Below are positions 35,967 through 49,400 of a stretch of DNA of 64,000 nucleotides, one piece after another. The notes beneath the pieces are model-generated. The model was not told the origin of the DNA and did no database searches. It worked only from the letters and a program-made list of their open reading frames with translations. Source of the stretch: Eremomyces bilateralis CBS 781.70 (Eukaryota); assembly GCA_010015585.1 (NCBI GenBank), contig ML975155.1; one strand, 5' to 3'. A program made the translations under genes and the position numbers. Each line of letters opens with the position of its first letter. The first letter of the stretch is position 1.

Positions 35967-37936
35967 TTATAATTTCGCTGCCTTTTGCTGGGCCCTGAGT
36001 CGCTCGTGATACTGGTCTCTCATCTGCCTCCTCAACGTCTTTCCAGACGGGGTTCGCGGTATCTGACCACCAGTAAGCAACATGACAACCACGAGAATCA
36101 GCCAAGGAACTTACCAAATCCACGATCTCAATGCCCCCATCCAGGTGTTTATGTCTGCTCAACTTCCCATTGACCCACTCATGCAACTTTCGCAAGACAG
36201 CTTCCTCCCCCTGTCTCGTCCCCTCCTCAGTCACCACCACCCACGCCCTCGGAAACAGGCTCCCATCCCCCCTCCCATTATCCACCCCCGCCACACATGC
36301 ATCCCGAATCAACTTCTCCGGATGATCCAACAACGTATCCTCCACCTCCGTCGCCGCCACCTGCAGCCCCTTCACCTTGATCATCTCCTTCAACCGGTCC
36401 ATATAGTGGATCCGATCCCACTCATCACGATACACCAAGTCCCCCGTCCGTAGCCACCCCGGCTCGGTGAATAGCTCCGCCGTCGCCTTCGCGTCCTGGA
36501 AGTATCCCGGCGTCACCACATGTGCGCGGGCCCACAACTCGCCCTTCTGGCCCCGCGGCACGTCTTTCAGAGTGTCCGGGTCGACGATGCGGCCCTCGAC
36601 GCCTGGGAGCAGGTACCCGATCGTAGTGGGGTCGGCAGCAGGCAGGCCGAAGATCCCAGGGGCAGGAGGCGAGGCGATGGACGCGGCTTCCGATAGGCCG
36701 TACCCCGACGGGATGGGGGCCTTCTGGGGGAGTTTCTGGCCGAGGGCGTGGGAGACGTCCGGGGGGAGGTAAGCGGCGCCGGAGACGCAGGTCATGACGG
36801 AGGAGAGGTCGTATTTGTCGGTGAGGGGGGACTGGGCGATCTGGCGGACGAGAGGGGGCACAAGGGGGAGCATGGTGATTTTGTATTTTTCGATGGCTTG
36901 GAGCGCAGTTTCGAGGTCCCATCGGTGCATCATGATGTTGGTGGCCGAGTAGAGGTTGACGCGGAGGATCCAGAGGATCATGCCGTAGGAGTGGTAGGCG
37001 GGGACGACGCCGAGTAGGGTGGAATGGGTTGGGGTGACGCCGAGCTGGGGGTGGTTAGTGCGCGCCATATTGCAACGAGGATGTACTCACAAATTCCGCG
37101 GTTCGAGTGGCGCCGACCATGCCTTGCAAGGCCGTATGTATTGCGTTCCAATGCGAGATCATCATCGCCTTCGGAAGCCCCGACGTGCCTGACGACTGGA
37201 ACAAGAAGCAGAGCTTCTTCCCACCCTTCCGCTTCCTCGTCGGTTCTGCCATCTTCGCGCCGCTCCGAATCAGATGCCCGACCGTCGGGAACTGTTCAAC
37301 AAAGTCCGCCGTAGGATTATCCGAAAGGACAATGATCTTCTTCGGGTTCAGGACGAGTTTCGACCCGCCATTTTTACCGTCCTCACTTTGCGCAATCTTC
37401 ACTGCTTCTCTCAGCACGGGCAAATGACTCTCATGAATCAGCAGGGAGGTCGCCTGCATTCGCCGCAGAATATGGAACAGCTCGTACGGCGTCGATCCAG
37501 GACTGATCCCCCCAGTGACAAGCTCGGACCGGAAGCACGCATGCACGATCACTGGATAATAGATATTGTTCCTCGAGAAGATCCCCATGATCTCTCCAGG
37601 CTCCTTATCGGTCTCCGGTGACTTGCTGAACCCCATTGGATTCGGCCCGTCATATCGGAACGCCCGTGCGAGGGAGCACACCTTATCGTAGAACTCGTAC
37701 AGCGTCAGCTTCGAGCCGGTGTAGGCGTCGATAAAGAGGTCATAGTCGGCTTTCGGGAGCGGGTTTTCGGGTGGGAAGCAGAAGTCATGGATATTCAGGT
37801 CTTCCAGGATAGACGGGAACGGACCAAATGGACTCCTGAATATCGCGCCTGGTTGCGGCTTGAATTGGCCGTGAACGTCTGGGGATTTCGGGCCCATGCA
37901 ACGGGGATCCGGGATGGGATCATCGATGGAAGCCAT
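35967..37936 (-). CDS. Peroxisomal AMP-dependent acyl-CoA ligase (4-coumarate/phenylacetyl-CoA ligase-like), 3 exons (37936-37091, 37044-36115, 36062-35967), ~623 aa
   Basis: QSSGTSGLPKAMMISH (AMP-binding), GYGLSE, GWLRTGD, DRLKEMIKVKGLQVA, spliced IPRTPSGK (catalytic Lys) and C-terminal AKL (PTS1). Confidence 0.93.
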
Positions 37937-39635
37937 GTTGATAGGAAGACAGGACCCAGGAAGCGGAGAATGAGTGAACGAGGGGCAAGACTGATTTGAA
38001 AGGACTGAATCGGCTCTTTTTTGCAAAGAAGAATACTTTAACTCTTGAGAGGTTGGACTACATGTTTGAAATAGCATTTATCGACTCGAATGCCCCGCCT
38101 ACTTACCGACAACCGTACGGCGTACACATTGCCGTGGTCCACACAGTATAATGCTCAGCAGCTTAAGCTTTTTAGCGTTCTAGGTATCCCCGTGGGGTTG
38201 CCTCCACGGGGTCTTTTACTAGTTGGTGGGGGAGAGTCGGTCCTCGGGCCGAATCGTCTCAAGAAAAACCAGGTGCTTACTATTGTGAGAGCGTCCATGG
38301 GTTAATTTTAAGGGACAGTATGGTTGCCTGCTTGAGTGATTGAATGATAGTCTGTATCGACCTTCTGGTACGTATAAAGGGTGACATTTAGGACCCTGGT
38401 GGCCTGGTTGTTCATGCTTCATGCTGATGTCGTTATTGTTGTTGGGAGAGGTTGAGATAAAGTCTGTGTTCGCGTGGAGTTGGCGGACAGGCGGAGACCG
38501 GAATGACAGGAGAAGTGGAGCGTGGACCAGCGAGCAAAACGTCAGATCACATCCTGAATAAATCCGATTTTCTGCTTGGATAAATTCAACACAGGGCTTG
38601 AACGGTGCGTTATCAATTATCATGGTAGGTCATCAACAAATATCTGGATGAATGTATGGTATCCGCCTTACCGTTCATGATTTCCTTAGTTACGACTCAA
38701 TAAATACCCTCCATCCAGGATCCAACCCGAACATCCGGCCATCGTGTGGCAGTGCTGGGGTCACAGCATGGGATCGACAGTTGACCTGTGACCAGATCGA
38801 TGAACATGAACTCCTGATCTGAACTCCCGCATGGCCAACTGCTGTACGCCTGTATCGCACCAAAAGGCTTTGGAAAGTGTTTTGACTAAACAACATGACC
38901 CGCAAAGTCGCGGCTTTGCTCTTGTTGTGCAAGGGGACATCGGATGGAATGAAGCCCAAAGCTATCACGACAATGCCCGGCTTCGCGGAGCATTTTAGCA
39001 CGCAGTCTGTCTTGACCCGGGATCAATCCTTGCGCCGAAGCAAAAGAAGGCCTCGTGAAAGCCTGTCGATAAGTTGAATCCTCTTGCTTGGAGGAGGAAC
39101 TAACAGAAGAATTTTCTGCCTTTCATGCTGCGGATTAGACATGTCCGTATCTCCAGCGGCCCAGCCTCCCACTTGCTGTCCGCCTGGCAAAACCGTGCGG
39201 GACCTCCAACGAGGCTTAGAAAATCCTCTGATATCATCGATCTTGATCCACTGGATGCCTTTGCTATCAAATAAAACTGCCCTCCAGGACAGAAATACAT
39301 AAGTATCGCATGACGACGTGACAGGTTGCCGAAGACTAACGCCATACCAATCTGATTGAGACGCCCCATGTTTGCTGCGACTTTTCTACTTATTACGATA
39401 ACGTGGTTACTAGATTCAGGTTGAAATAGCATAACCCTAAGAGGTGGAAACCATATTTACCTATTATAATCGAACCATTCCCTCGTTGGATATCCAGACG
39501 CGACGCATCTCAATACTCTATTTTTATTTTGGATTTTCTCCGTCACTGCGAGCATATCACATCTGGTTCAACTGTTCCTCGATGGTCGATGCCACATGGT
39601 GATTCTGTTACAAAAGTAAAGACGTTCATCACATT

Positions 39636-40337
39636 ATGCGAAGGGACAATTCTACCTCAGGGGTGACTATCGGTGTGATCATTTGCATCGTGTGTATCAT
39701 GGTGGCCCTATTAGTGTAAGTCGAAAGCAAAGCGATACGGGTCGATGTTCCAAGTAGACAGCCGTCGTGAACCAGGGATGCATAAAGTGTGCTAACAGAC
39801 TGGTATAGGTTCGGGGTCCACCGCGGGAAGAGACTCCATATTACGGGCCAGGGAACGGCGCGCACACAGGAGGCGGCCGAGCGGAGGCGGATTCAAAGGT
39901 TGATGGAAGTGACAAGCGCAAAGCCGTACAGGGACATCTGTGCGGAGAGGATGGCGCAGTTGGGGGATGCATTCGAGATGAATCGGCTCTGGTATGTTGA
40001 ACCGCACGGTGGACTTCAGTCAAGAAGCGGGAGCTGACTGGCGATCTGCAGTACGATTTGTCTGAAGGGTATCAGCGACCTTGCGTACGTCCGTGGGTTG
40101 CAATGCCAACATACGTTCCATCAGTTCTGCCTAGATCGGTGGTATTCGACGTCGAACGATTTCTGTCCGCTCTGCCACCACCCGATCATTCCTCAGAGCG
40201 AGGAAGAAGACATCGTTGGGGGCCAAATCACCTCTACGCGCCCAGCGCAGGTCGAAGCTCCGCCGAGATATGAGGATATAGACAGTACAACACCGGCACA
40301 ACCACAGCCATCAAATGGAGCAACGGGAGCAAGGTGA
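39636..40337 (+). CDS. Small single-pass membrane RING-H2 E3 ligase, 3 exons (39636-39715, 39809-39991, 40052-40337), 182 aa
   Basis: TM VTIGVIICIVCIMVALLVFGV; spliced CTICL...LQCQHTFHQFCLDRW...CPLC; PPRY motif in the tail. Confidence 0.88.
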
Positions 40338-41293
40338 CATGGGGTATTGTGCCGGTTGGGATATGGCGTGAGAATGTCATGAATGACAACGCAGAGATGA
40401 GACGAATGTAGATACCTATCCGTAGTAGGCAACTCTAAGCCTTGATACCCCTCAAGTTCGACTCAACATGAAGGGATTAGCATGAACGTGCGTCGCTGCC
40501 TGGAGGTGTTTGACGCTGGTGTCGCGAGGTGGGACAGAAACGGGCTATGTTACGGGTAGCAACAGCGACACGGTCGGTACGGCCCTCAACGTATTCAGTT
40601 GATTGGATCGAGGAGATCGGGGGCTGGTTGAGATGAGTATCTCCAGTCAAGATCATGCACTGAAGAAATCATGCATCTATCTTAATTCTTCTTTCGTGAC
40701 AATAATGGATCAAGATGTCAATGACGCTAGTATTAATTAAGTTAGCGTATAACACTCAGGATCGATAAGTGGGAATCCGGGGTTAAGCCGATTGGAGAAC
40801 CTAACTAAACACTGTAACTATGGAGATCATTCAGCAGAGAGCTCGATCAGGAAGAGCTGAGAGATAACAGTGACTATGCTGCTTGCTATGATGAAGTGCA
40901 TATGGAAAGCGTTTGGCAGGTGGAAAATTGATCGTAAAGATAGCGAAATAAGGAGAGTCTTGTGAGCAGCAGCTCTTGTGACCGGATGGAATAGAAACAG
41001 CTTCTGGAGGACCCGACCCTGGCCCGCCCTGTTATCGAATTCCCTGTCACATTTCCTAGTCAATCGCTAGTCAATGACCAGTCACGCATGACGCTCCATC
41101 CAACCCATGGCCCAGAGCTCCAACTGAAGCCTCACCCAAGCCCTCGACCTTCAACCTCTCAACTCAACTCATCTGCTTCGTCTGCCTAATCCTAGGACAT
41201 TCTGCCTGGCCTGATCATCTCCTATCTTCTATCTCGTCCCCTTGCTGCTTACCCTTCGATACCCTCATACAACATGCATCCCGCTACTACAAG

Positions 41294-44227
41294 ATGACCG
41301 ACCGCACGAGGATCGGGATCGGAAGTCCCGAAGCATACCATACATCTTTGGGCGAAAGCGGCAGTGAGAGCGGCTCTTCATTAAGTATAGATGAGAGGCA
41401 AGCTGCTCAGCTCAGAGCTACCCAGAAGTTGAACCAGGTCATCCAGGCATGTGCTCATCCATCATAGGGAAGACATGGCACTAACTGATGATAGCAATTC
41501 TACTTTAAAGGTTCTCTGACCATCATAGCCTCTCGAACAACTCTTCCTCACGCCTACAACAAGAATGGCGACCTCAAACAAAACAAATGGGTAGGTGTAG
41601 CCTTGGTGGCGGAGGACCGACTTCGCAACAAAGCCTGTTCAAACGCTGACCATCGGCAGTTCAACCTCGTTGTGGATGATACAGACGAGTTCCAAGACGA
41701 CGTCAGACAATGGAAAACTTGCAATGTCGCCGAATCCAAACCCCCGCCTCTAGTCATAGAGGTGTATCTTGACCTCGCTGAACTTACACCGAATCAAACC
41801 TTGGTGGTTCTAGACGATCAAGGAAAACGATGGGATGTTGCATCCTCGCTCAACCCTCCGATACGATCCGGCTCGACCAAGACGGAAAGAACCACAACCG
41901 TCACTTTGGAACGATGGCAGATTGAGCTGGGTCCGATATCATCAGGGTATTCGCCCGAGGGCGGTGATCCTCTGCCGAACACGTACAAGAAGGGCGTCGT
42001 CCTGTTTCGGTCACTCTACATGATAGCTCGCTCCAACGCTGTCTGGAAGTTATACCGTCGTATTGCGAGACAAGCGGCCAACCATCCAAACTTGAAGCTA
42101 CGGTATCGCATTCTCGAGGCTAGCCCGCGATCGGCACTGAAATATAGCACCGTTGACGTTGGTCTATACCCATCGCAGGAAGCCGTCACAGAGAAGTATA
42201 CGTTCACACCGACACACTCGCCCGCTGGAGACCTGTGCATCTCCGTCATTCATCGAAAGAATTGCGATTTCCGCGTCGATGATTCAGAAGCGCTCTTAAG
42301 TTCCCAGTTCATGGGCATGGATGATCAATACTTTCGTCCAACCCTGTCTCCACGAGCAGCCGAAGCCATCCCTGGGTCATTACCCAACAAACCAAACTAT
42401 ACTCCCGAAGTCGGTGACCCTGGCACGGCGTATGGGAGTTTATCGACTTTCCACCAACCTGGACCTGCCCTTGGTGCCAGTCCGCTGTCGACATTGCGGA
42501 CTGCGAAGGACTTTGGGACCACGCCGGAATCACACAAAGATATGCCGAGACACCGATTCTCTACCTCGCGACCATCGGCCCGTGCTGATGGACGACGACC
42601 ATCCGTTTCATTTCCAGCCTTTAAGGCAGGCTCATTGGCTTCCTCTCCAGCGTCTAATCCGCCTGTGGCGCCGTCGCCTGGAAGCTCCCTGGGGCGAGGC
42701 GCTGGCCAACATCTACATCACCGGAGTAGAGGATCGATAACGACTCTCCCACAACAGGTGCTAAGGACTCCTGGTATCCCAAATGAGACCGCCATCGCAT
42801 CATCCCCATCCGCATCGAGCTCACCAAAGCCAGCGCCGATTAATCGATACAGTAGCAGCTTCGGCCATCGACGCAGTCGCTTTTCATCGGGCGGCGGAAG
42901 CAAAATCGATGAAGACAATACGAGCAGCGGCAAAGGTTCTCTCGCGTCATCTGCGCAACCCGGCTCCGGGGTGCTCAATGAAGGCGAAGCTAGCTCCAGT
43001 AGCGTGCAAACCGATGACGACAACATCAAAGACTTCATCCGGCTGCTGCAGGATAAGAAAGAGCTTGACTCCTTCCAGAAAAACAACGATGCAACGCGGC
43101 AAGCGTCTACGCAACGCGCAACCGCGGTCCTATCGCGCTTCCAGAAGGTGAAAGAATCCAACGCCGCCCTCTCCGAGAGCATGGCCACGTCCCTCCTTCT
43201 CCACCGCTCCTCGTCCTCCTCATCCCGCCAACTTGCCAACGTCCCTCAAATCGCCGGGACCTCTATCTCCACCGCCTCATCCCCCGGCAAGCCCGTCAGC
43301 CCCCACACCCCGCATACCCCCTCCGTCCCCTCCCGCCTCTCCGTCGACGACGGAATCTCCTACCCCCAGACCGTCATCCACCGCTCCCAATCCCGCGGCC
43401 GCTCCAACCGCAACCACCCCGGCCCCTCCTCCCCCTCACACCCCCATCCCCACCCCCACCCCGCCACCCCTCACCACCCCTCCTCCTCCAGCGCTCAAAC
43501 CTCCACCGGCACCCGCACCGACGCCATCGACATCCCCACCTCCCCCCCAGTCTGGCCCTTCGCCCGCCGCTCCTCCTCCGCCAACCCCAACCAACCCCCC
43601 CGTCGCGAGCGCCCCGTCCTCGACGACGACCCCGACCTCCCCTATGGCCTCCGCAGCGCCAGCGTGCCCGCCGACGACGCCGGCGCCGACCCGGCCCTCC
43701 GCGAGCTCAGCCTCAGCGAACTGCACCAGCTACAGGAAGGCGGGGCGGACGGCGGCGGTGACGGGGTGGAGGGGGACATCGGCGCGGATGGCGCCGACGC
43801 CGACGACGTGGGCACGCTGGCGACCAAGCGGCGCGGGACGCCCGGAGCGTCGGCGCTACGGTCGCGGAGCGAGCTGAATTTGCAGGCGCGCGGGGACGAG
43901 CCGGAGGAAGGGCCGGCGTCGGGGATGGACGGGGTGCGCGGGCGGATGAGCCCTGGGTTTCGGACGAGTAGTGGGACGCGGTTGGCGCGGGATGTTGGGG
44001 GATATCGGCGGGGGTCGCCGGCGAGTTTGTCGAGCGGATCGCGGGGGGACGGGACGGTGGGGGGAGGGCGGAGTCGGTATGCGTTTCCGAATCGGGGGAG
44101 TTTTGCAGATGAGGAGGAGTTGTTGTTTAATATGAGTGAGTTGGGGGCGGGGGCGGGGAGTCGGCGGAGTTTGGAGAGTGGGGATTCGAGGAGGGGAGGA
44201 CAGGGGAGAGGGGGTGGGTGGAGGTAG
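41294..44227 (+). CDS. ATG13: Autophagy-related protein 13, 3 exons (41294-41446, 41495-41590, 41660-44227), ~938 aa
   Basis: HORMA domain KLNQVIQQFYFKG..II.SR...NKWFNL...PPPLVIEVYLD...LERWQIEL...YKKGVVLFRSL...FRVDDSEALLSS; Ser/Pro-rich tail with DDDNIKDFIRLL and DEEELLFNMSE. Confidence 0.95.
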
Positions 44228-44680
44228 AGGTAAAGGGGCGAGAGAAATGTTCGCTGCATGGTGTCGGTGTGAACTCTTTTTTTGGTTGTTTGTTCTTGGG
44301 ATAGATTAGGCCTCGGTGCTCCCTGGAGCGGCGTTTTGGGAATGGATCCCTCTGGTGTTTCGGGCGTCGAGGGTTATCCTGCCAGATTGGACACATACAC
44401 ATGGTCATCTCACCAGTGTGGATACCAAATGTTTGACGGGAGGCTAGAAGCGGTCTGTGGTTTTGAGGGAGGAATTGGAGACGAACATGTTATGGTATCT
44501 GATGGAGATTGGAACGGGTGTCTATAGACTAGAGAACGCATAGGGAATTCGAACGCAAGTTGGCGCAGATTGGATTTTTGGACCTTGTTATCTACCAGGG
44601 ATCATACAGTGCACCGTTGAGAAACTATTTTTATATACATGATTGACCAAACCAAGCCTTCATGGCACGCATGTCTACCT

Positions 44681-45738
44681 CTATTTCTTCGGCTCCTCCT
44701 TCGGTGGCTCAGGTTGAGGCGTCGGTAGTTTGAACTGTAGGAATCATGTCAGTCATTTGTTGGTGATAAAACAATCATATACGCACCTGATCCGGCGTCC
44801 GGTCATCACCCGGCCCCACCGGCTCCCACACGCTGCTCCCGTCGGTAAAGTTCCGGAACGCCTGGGTCATCTCCAACGGCTCGACGACGATGCGCTTCTT
44901 CTCCTCATCGTACCGGATCTCAGTATACCCGGTCATGGGGAAATCCTTCCGCAGCGGATGGCCATCGAAGCCGTAATCGGTCATGATGCGCCGCAAGTCC
45001 GGGTGGTCGGTGAAGAAGACACCGTAGAGATCGTAGACCTCGCGCTCGAACCAGTTGGCGCCATCGTACAGGCCGCAGAGGGAGGGGACCGGGGTGGCTT
45101 CGTCGGCGTAGGCCTTGACGCGGATGCGGCTGTTGTGGCGGACGGAGAGGAGGTTGTAGACGACTTCGAAGCGGTGGTTGCGGGAGGGGTAGTCGGCGGC
45201 GGTGACGTCGGTGAGTTGAGTGAATTCGGCGGCGGTGTGCAGTTTGAGGAAGGAGACGACAGGGATCACACCGGTGGGAGGAATATAGATAGTCAATTCG
45301 TCTTTCCAGACGGAGAATCTGCGCATGTGTTAGTGAATGATATTGCGGTTGGTGATAAGAGCTCGGTGAGGGGAGATTCACTGTTGGATGTATTTCGGTA
45401 AACACGACATCAAGTACTGCCCGTATTTATGCAATTGCTCCGCCTTCTCCGTGTATTTATCGACCGGATTCACAATCGGTGCCTTGAGCGGTCCTACTGG
45501 AGGTCGTTGTGCGTGCTGGTGATAATCCGATTAGCATTCCTTCTCCCACAACACTCCCACGGATTGAAAACACTACGCTCTCCGTTCCTACCTTCATATT
45601 CGGCGGTTCCTCTCCCACCACATCTTTTCTCCTCACGCAGCTGGACGAGAGATTCCTCGCGACCATCAACGAGCACACGGGGCGCCCTGCAACGGACCGA
45701 CGAGACAGCACCCGTCCCGGGGCCAATCGAAGCGCCAT
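44681..45738 (-). CDS. NDUFS3: NADH:ubiquinone oxidoreductase 30-kDa subunit, 4 exons (45738-45592, 45515-45382, 45318-44787, 44734-44681), 288 aa
   Basis: Arg-rich mitochondrial presequence; [79 protein letters not shown]. Confidence 0.98.
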
Positions 45739-46406
45739 GATGAACGGTGGTCAACAGCCGCCAGACAAGGCTAGATATCGCGGATGTCGGGCAGGTAGGA
45801 ACCACAACCGGTCCAAGAAGCGGGCAATGAAGGAAGCAGGGTCGGCATCCAAGTTGGAGGTGATAGACGAGGTGAGTTCTACGAGTTCTTGATTGATGTT
45901 CCTATCCTTCCAGCATGATGGCAGCGCCTCCTATTTGGGAATAGCGCGGCGTGACCTTGACCGCTATAGTCACGTGGCTCAGCTTGAGCTGGCAACTGCG
46001 TAGTGGCCCCTGCCCAATCTTCTTCTTCTGCTTCTTCAGTCGATGTTTCGCCGCCAGCCCTCACTCATTGCTTTTACGTCTTCACCATCACCACCACTCT
46101 TCCACCTCCACCTCCACGTTCGCGTCCACTTCGTTCAATAATTCCTCTTTCTCCATTCTCTCTTCCCCTCCAGCCTCCCCTCCCTCTTCTTCGTCACGTC
46201 CCACTACCCGCGTCAGACCTCTGGATGCCTTGTCATACCCCCTCTCAATCCTGATTTCACCGTCCCTTGCACATGCATCATCCAGCGCATCGGCGTCCAG
46301 CATCTTTCTTCCCCCCTTTCTTCTCGATATCGACCTCTTTCTCACGAGCATCACACTCTAGGGAGTCGTCTTCACACCCCAACAGCACACATACCCACCG
46401 GTCCAC

Positions 46407-49400
46407 ATGTCTCGGTCCCAGCATGACCAGTTCATCGACGATGAAGAGGAGGAGACGTGTCCGCTCTGCGTCGAGGAATTCGATCTTTCCGACAAGAACT
46501 TCAAACCGTGCCCATGCGGCTATCAGGTACGTCGGCGCCCGAAATTTCGGAAAATTGGGGATTCTGACGATCCGTGATATAGGTTTGCCAGTTCTGCTAC
46601 AACAATATCAAAAATGCTGTGAACGGGCTGTGTCCGGCATGTCGACGACCCTATGACGACAACAGAATCGAATGGAAGTCTATCAGTCCTGAAGAGTACG
46701 TATTACTTAGATTTTCTAGGTCTAATGGTCTTACTGATCATTTTCTAGGCTAGCAAGCTACAAGGCCGACCAAGCTCAACAAGCCAAGCGCAAGGCAGCC
46801 GCCCGACAAAAGGAAGCGCAGAAGAAAGAAGCAGAGTCGCTCAGTCGTAAACACCTTGCCGGCCTTCGCGTGGTCCAGAAGAACCTGGTCTACGTCACGG
46901 GCATGACGCCAAACACACGCGAAGCACGTTTACTGGACATCTTGCGAAGTAACGATTACTTTGGGCAGTACGGCGAAATCGTCAAAATTGTGGTCAGCAA
47001 ACCCAAGGAGACAATCGGTCCACATGCCAATTCCGTTGGCGTTTACGTTACCTACAAGCGGAAGGAAGATGCGGCCAAATGCATCGCAAGTGTCAATGGC
47101 TCACGGAACGGTGACAGGGTGCTGAAGTAAGTTTGGTTGATGTGGCGATTGCTTCCATCCGCTTACATTTTCTCAGAGCACAGTACGGAACGACAAAGTA
47201 CTGCTCCGCATATCTGCGCAACGAAACCTGCTCGAACCGAAATTGCATGTTTTTGCATGAGGCGGGCGACGAAAACGAAACCTTCTCAAGAAAGGATATG
47301 TCCTCCATGAACGCAGCCCACAACCTCCCCGAACAAGAAGACGCTCCCGACCATCCGTCCGTTCCTCAACCGGTTCAGCCACACATTGAACATCGCGAAT
47401 ACCTCATGGGTCATGGGGAAGGCACTTCGGATGGCCCTGCACTTCCATCCACGGCGAGCTGGGCGGACAAGAATCAACAAGGTCGACGTGCCAGCCGCAC
47501 CACGACGAGCAGTGGTGTCAGTCCAATGGCAACGGCCTCGGTCCCTGCGTCAAAGCCTACCGAGACAGAACCTGCTCCATCAGAGTCGCATGAGGGACGC
47601 TCAAACTCTCCAGAAACCGTCGACACCACTACGCATCCTCCACCAAAAGCAAAGCGTCTGGGTAAGACGCCCCAACAACTCGAGAGGGCGGCATACATGA
47701 AGCTGGCGAAGAAAGTTTGCGATGACCTCCTGTTCCACTTCATGCCACCGCCTTACTATACTCAAGAAGATGTGGAGGTCCTTAAATGCATGCCACCCAT
47801 GTGGGATTCGATGGCCGGTATGCGACGCCGTGTTCTGAAAGAGAAGCTGATGCAGGAACGGGCCGAACGCGACCGACAGCAAACCGAAACAGACGCCCAG
47901 CAGCCGCGGATCGACCGTATTCCCGAGGAGTCAGCAGAAGCCGGAAGCTTACAGCTTGGAGGAGAACCTGAAGATCGATCGGACCTTGCAAATCAAGGGG
48001 CCGTTCAACCTCCACAAGGCCCACTCGAGTCTATTGGACTCGGTTCCGGAGCATTTAACGATGATTTCGGGAATCTGAACCTGGGACGGGGACTTACACC
48101 TCAACAACAGCAGGAATTGCTCTTGCAGCAGTTCAAGTCCGGTTCACCCCAACCTCCCGGTTTCCAAACTTCTGGCCAGACGAATCTACATGCGGGTACC
48201 ATGCCAGGTCATTCCCGAACCACCTCTCGATTCTCCTTTGCGAACGATACCTCCACTGCCACGACATCGGTTAAGCCTGTTGCCAATCCCAAGCTGATGA
48301 GCCAACAAGCCAGTATGATGCCACAGGGAGGGCATTTCAACACCCTCTCTCAGCAACAACAACTTGGTGGACCGCAATTCTTCCCAACTACCCAAGGCCC
48401 TCCTCCGGGCTTGAAGGCTACAGGTACTCCTCCAGTCAGCGGCGGTGGAATGTTCGGCCAAGGTCACGGCTTCGCCAGTACCCTTGGAGGGTACGGCAGC
48501 AACATCAGCAGTCGAAACACGAATGATGAGATGATGCGCGAGCTACTTCGAAACCAACAGCGCGGCAACGCTGGTGGTAGCGGCATGCCGGATGCCGTAA
48601 AGCGTGAGTCTATGTTTCCATCATTCCTTCATCAACACCCACACCCACCGGCCTCAACCGCAACCCCTGTCCCCAATGCGCCTGGGCTCATCAGCCTTCC
48701 GTACGGATCGCAGCCGCCTGGTGCTGGTGGTAGCTTCCAGGAAGCCGTCGGTCCTCAGAAGAAGAGAAAGGGGAAAAAGCACAGGCATGCTAACACTTCC
48801 TCCTCTGGTGGGGGTGGTGGTGTAGTCGATGTTGCAGACCCAAGTATTTTGCAGGCGAGGCTCCACCACGGCGCGGCCGGCGGCGGCGCTGGCTCAGGCA
48901 GCATCCATACAGGACAGGGAGTTTACGGGCAAGGCTCAGGTGGGTTCCCCTCCATGTATAACGGTGCATATGGACGGTGGTAGTCCAATTTCAACAACGA
49001 TCTGGGTCTTGCGTTCATCATAAATACCCCTCTTTTCACTCTGGGAGGATGGGCACAACGTGTATCATGATTTTTTTTCCTTTTTTTCACCTTTTCCAAG
49101 GGAACGATGGTTCTCGCCATTTCCTTCGCTTAACTCATTTCCCCCTTCCTATGCACGCGGCGTCCAGGACGGGCTCGAGCGAAATCATCGGGCAACATTC
49201 AGGCAACATGCCGATTGTCGACGGGCAAAACCTATGGCGTTTGTTCACGGGAATACTTCTCACTTTTCTTTTTCAAAACGGACGATTCACGCGGGTTGCT
49301 AGGGATGGATTCCAGTCATGCACACGCACCCAGTTTCCGTCCTTCTGCTTCTGTCGACTGCAACCGCTGAGTGCTCACGGGCGGTGCATGTATCGCTATG

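Noticed and set aside
37937..38077. 47-aa N-terminal extension of the acyl-CoA ligase ORF
   Set aside because: ATG 37936 has better context (CAACATGG); the extension looks like UTR, although an in-frame upstream ATG exists.
43233..44259. Pro-rich 214-aa and antisense 205-aa ORFs in ATG13
   Set aside because: Shadow frames of the C-rich/G-rich block.
45951..46361. 136-aa Ser/Phe-rich ORF between NDUFS3 and NOT4
   Set aside because: Pyrimidine-rich divergent promoter and 5'UTR.
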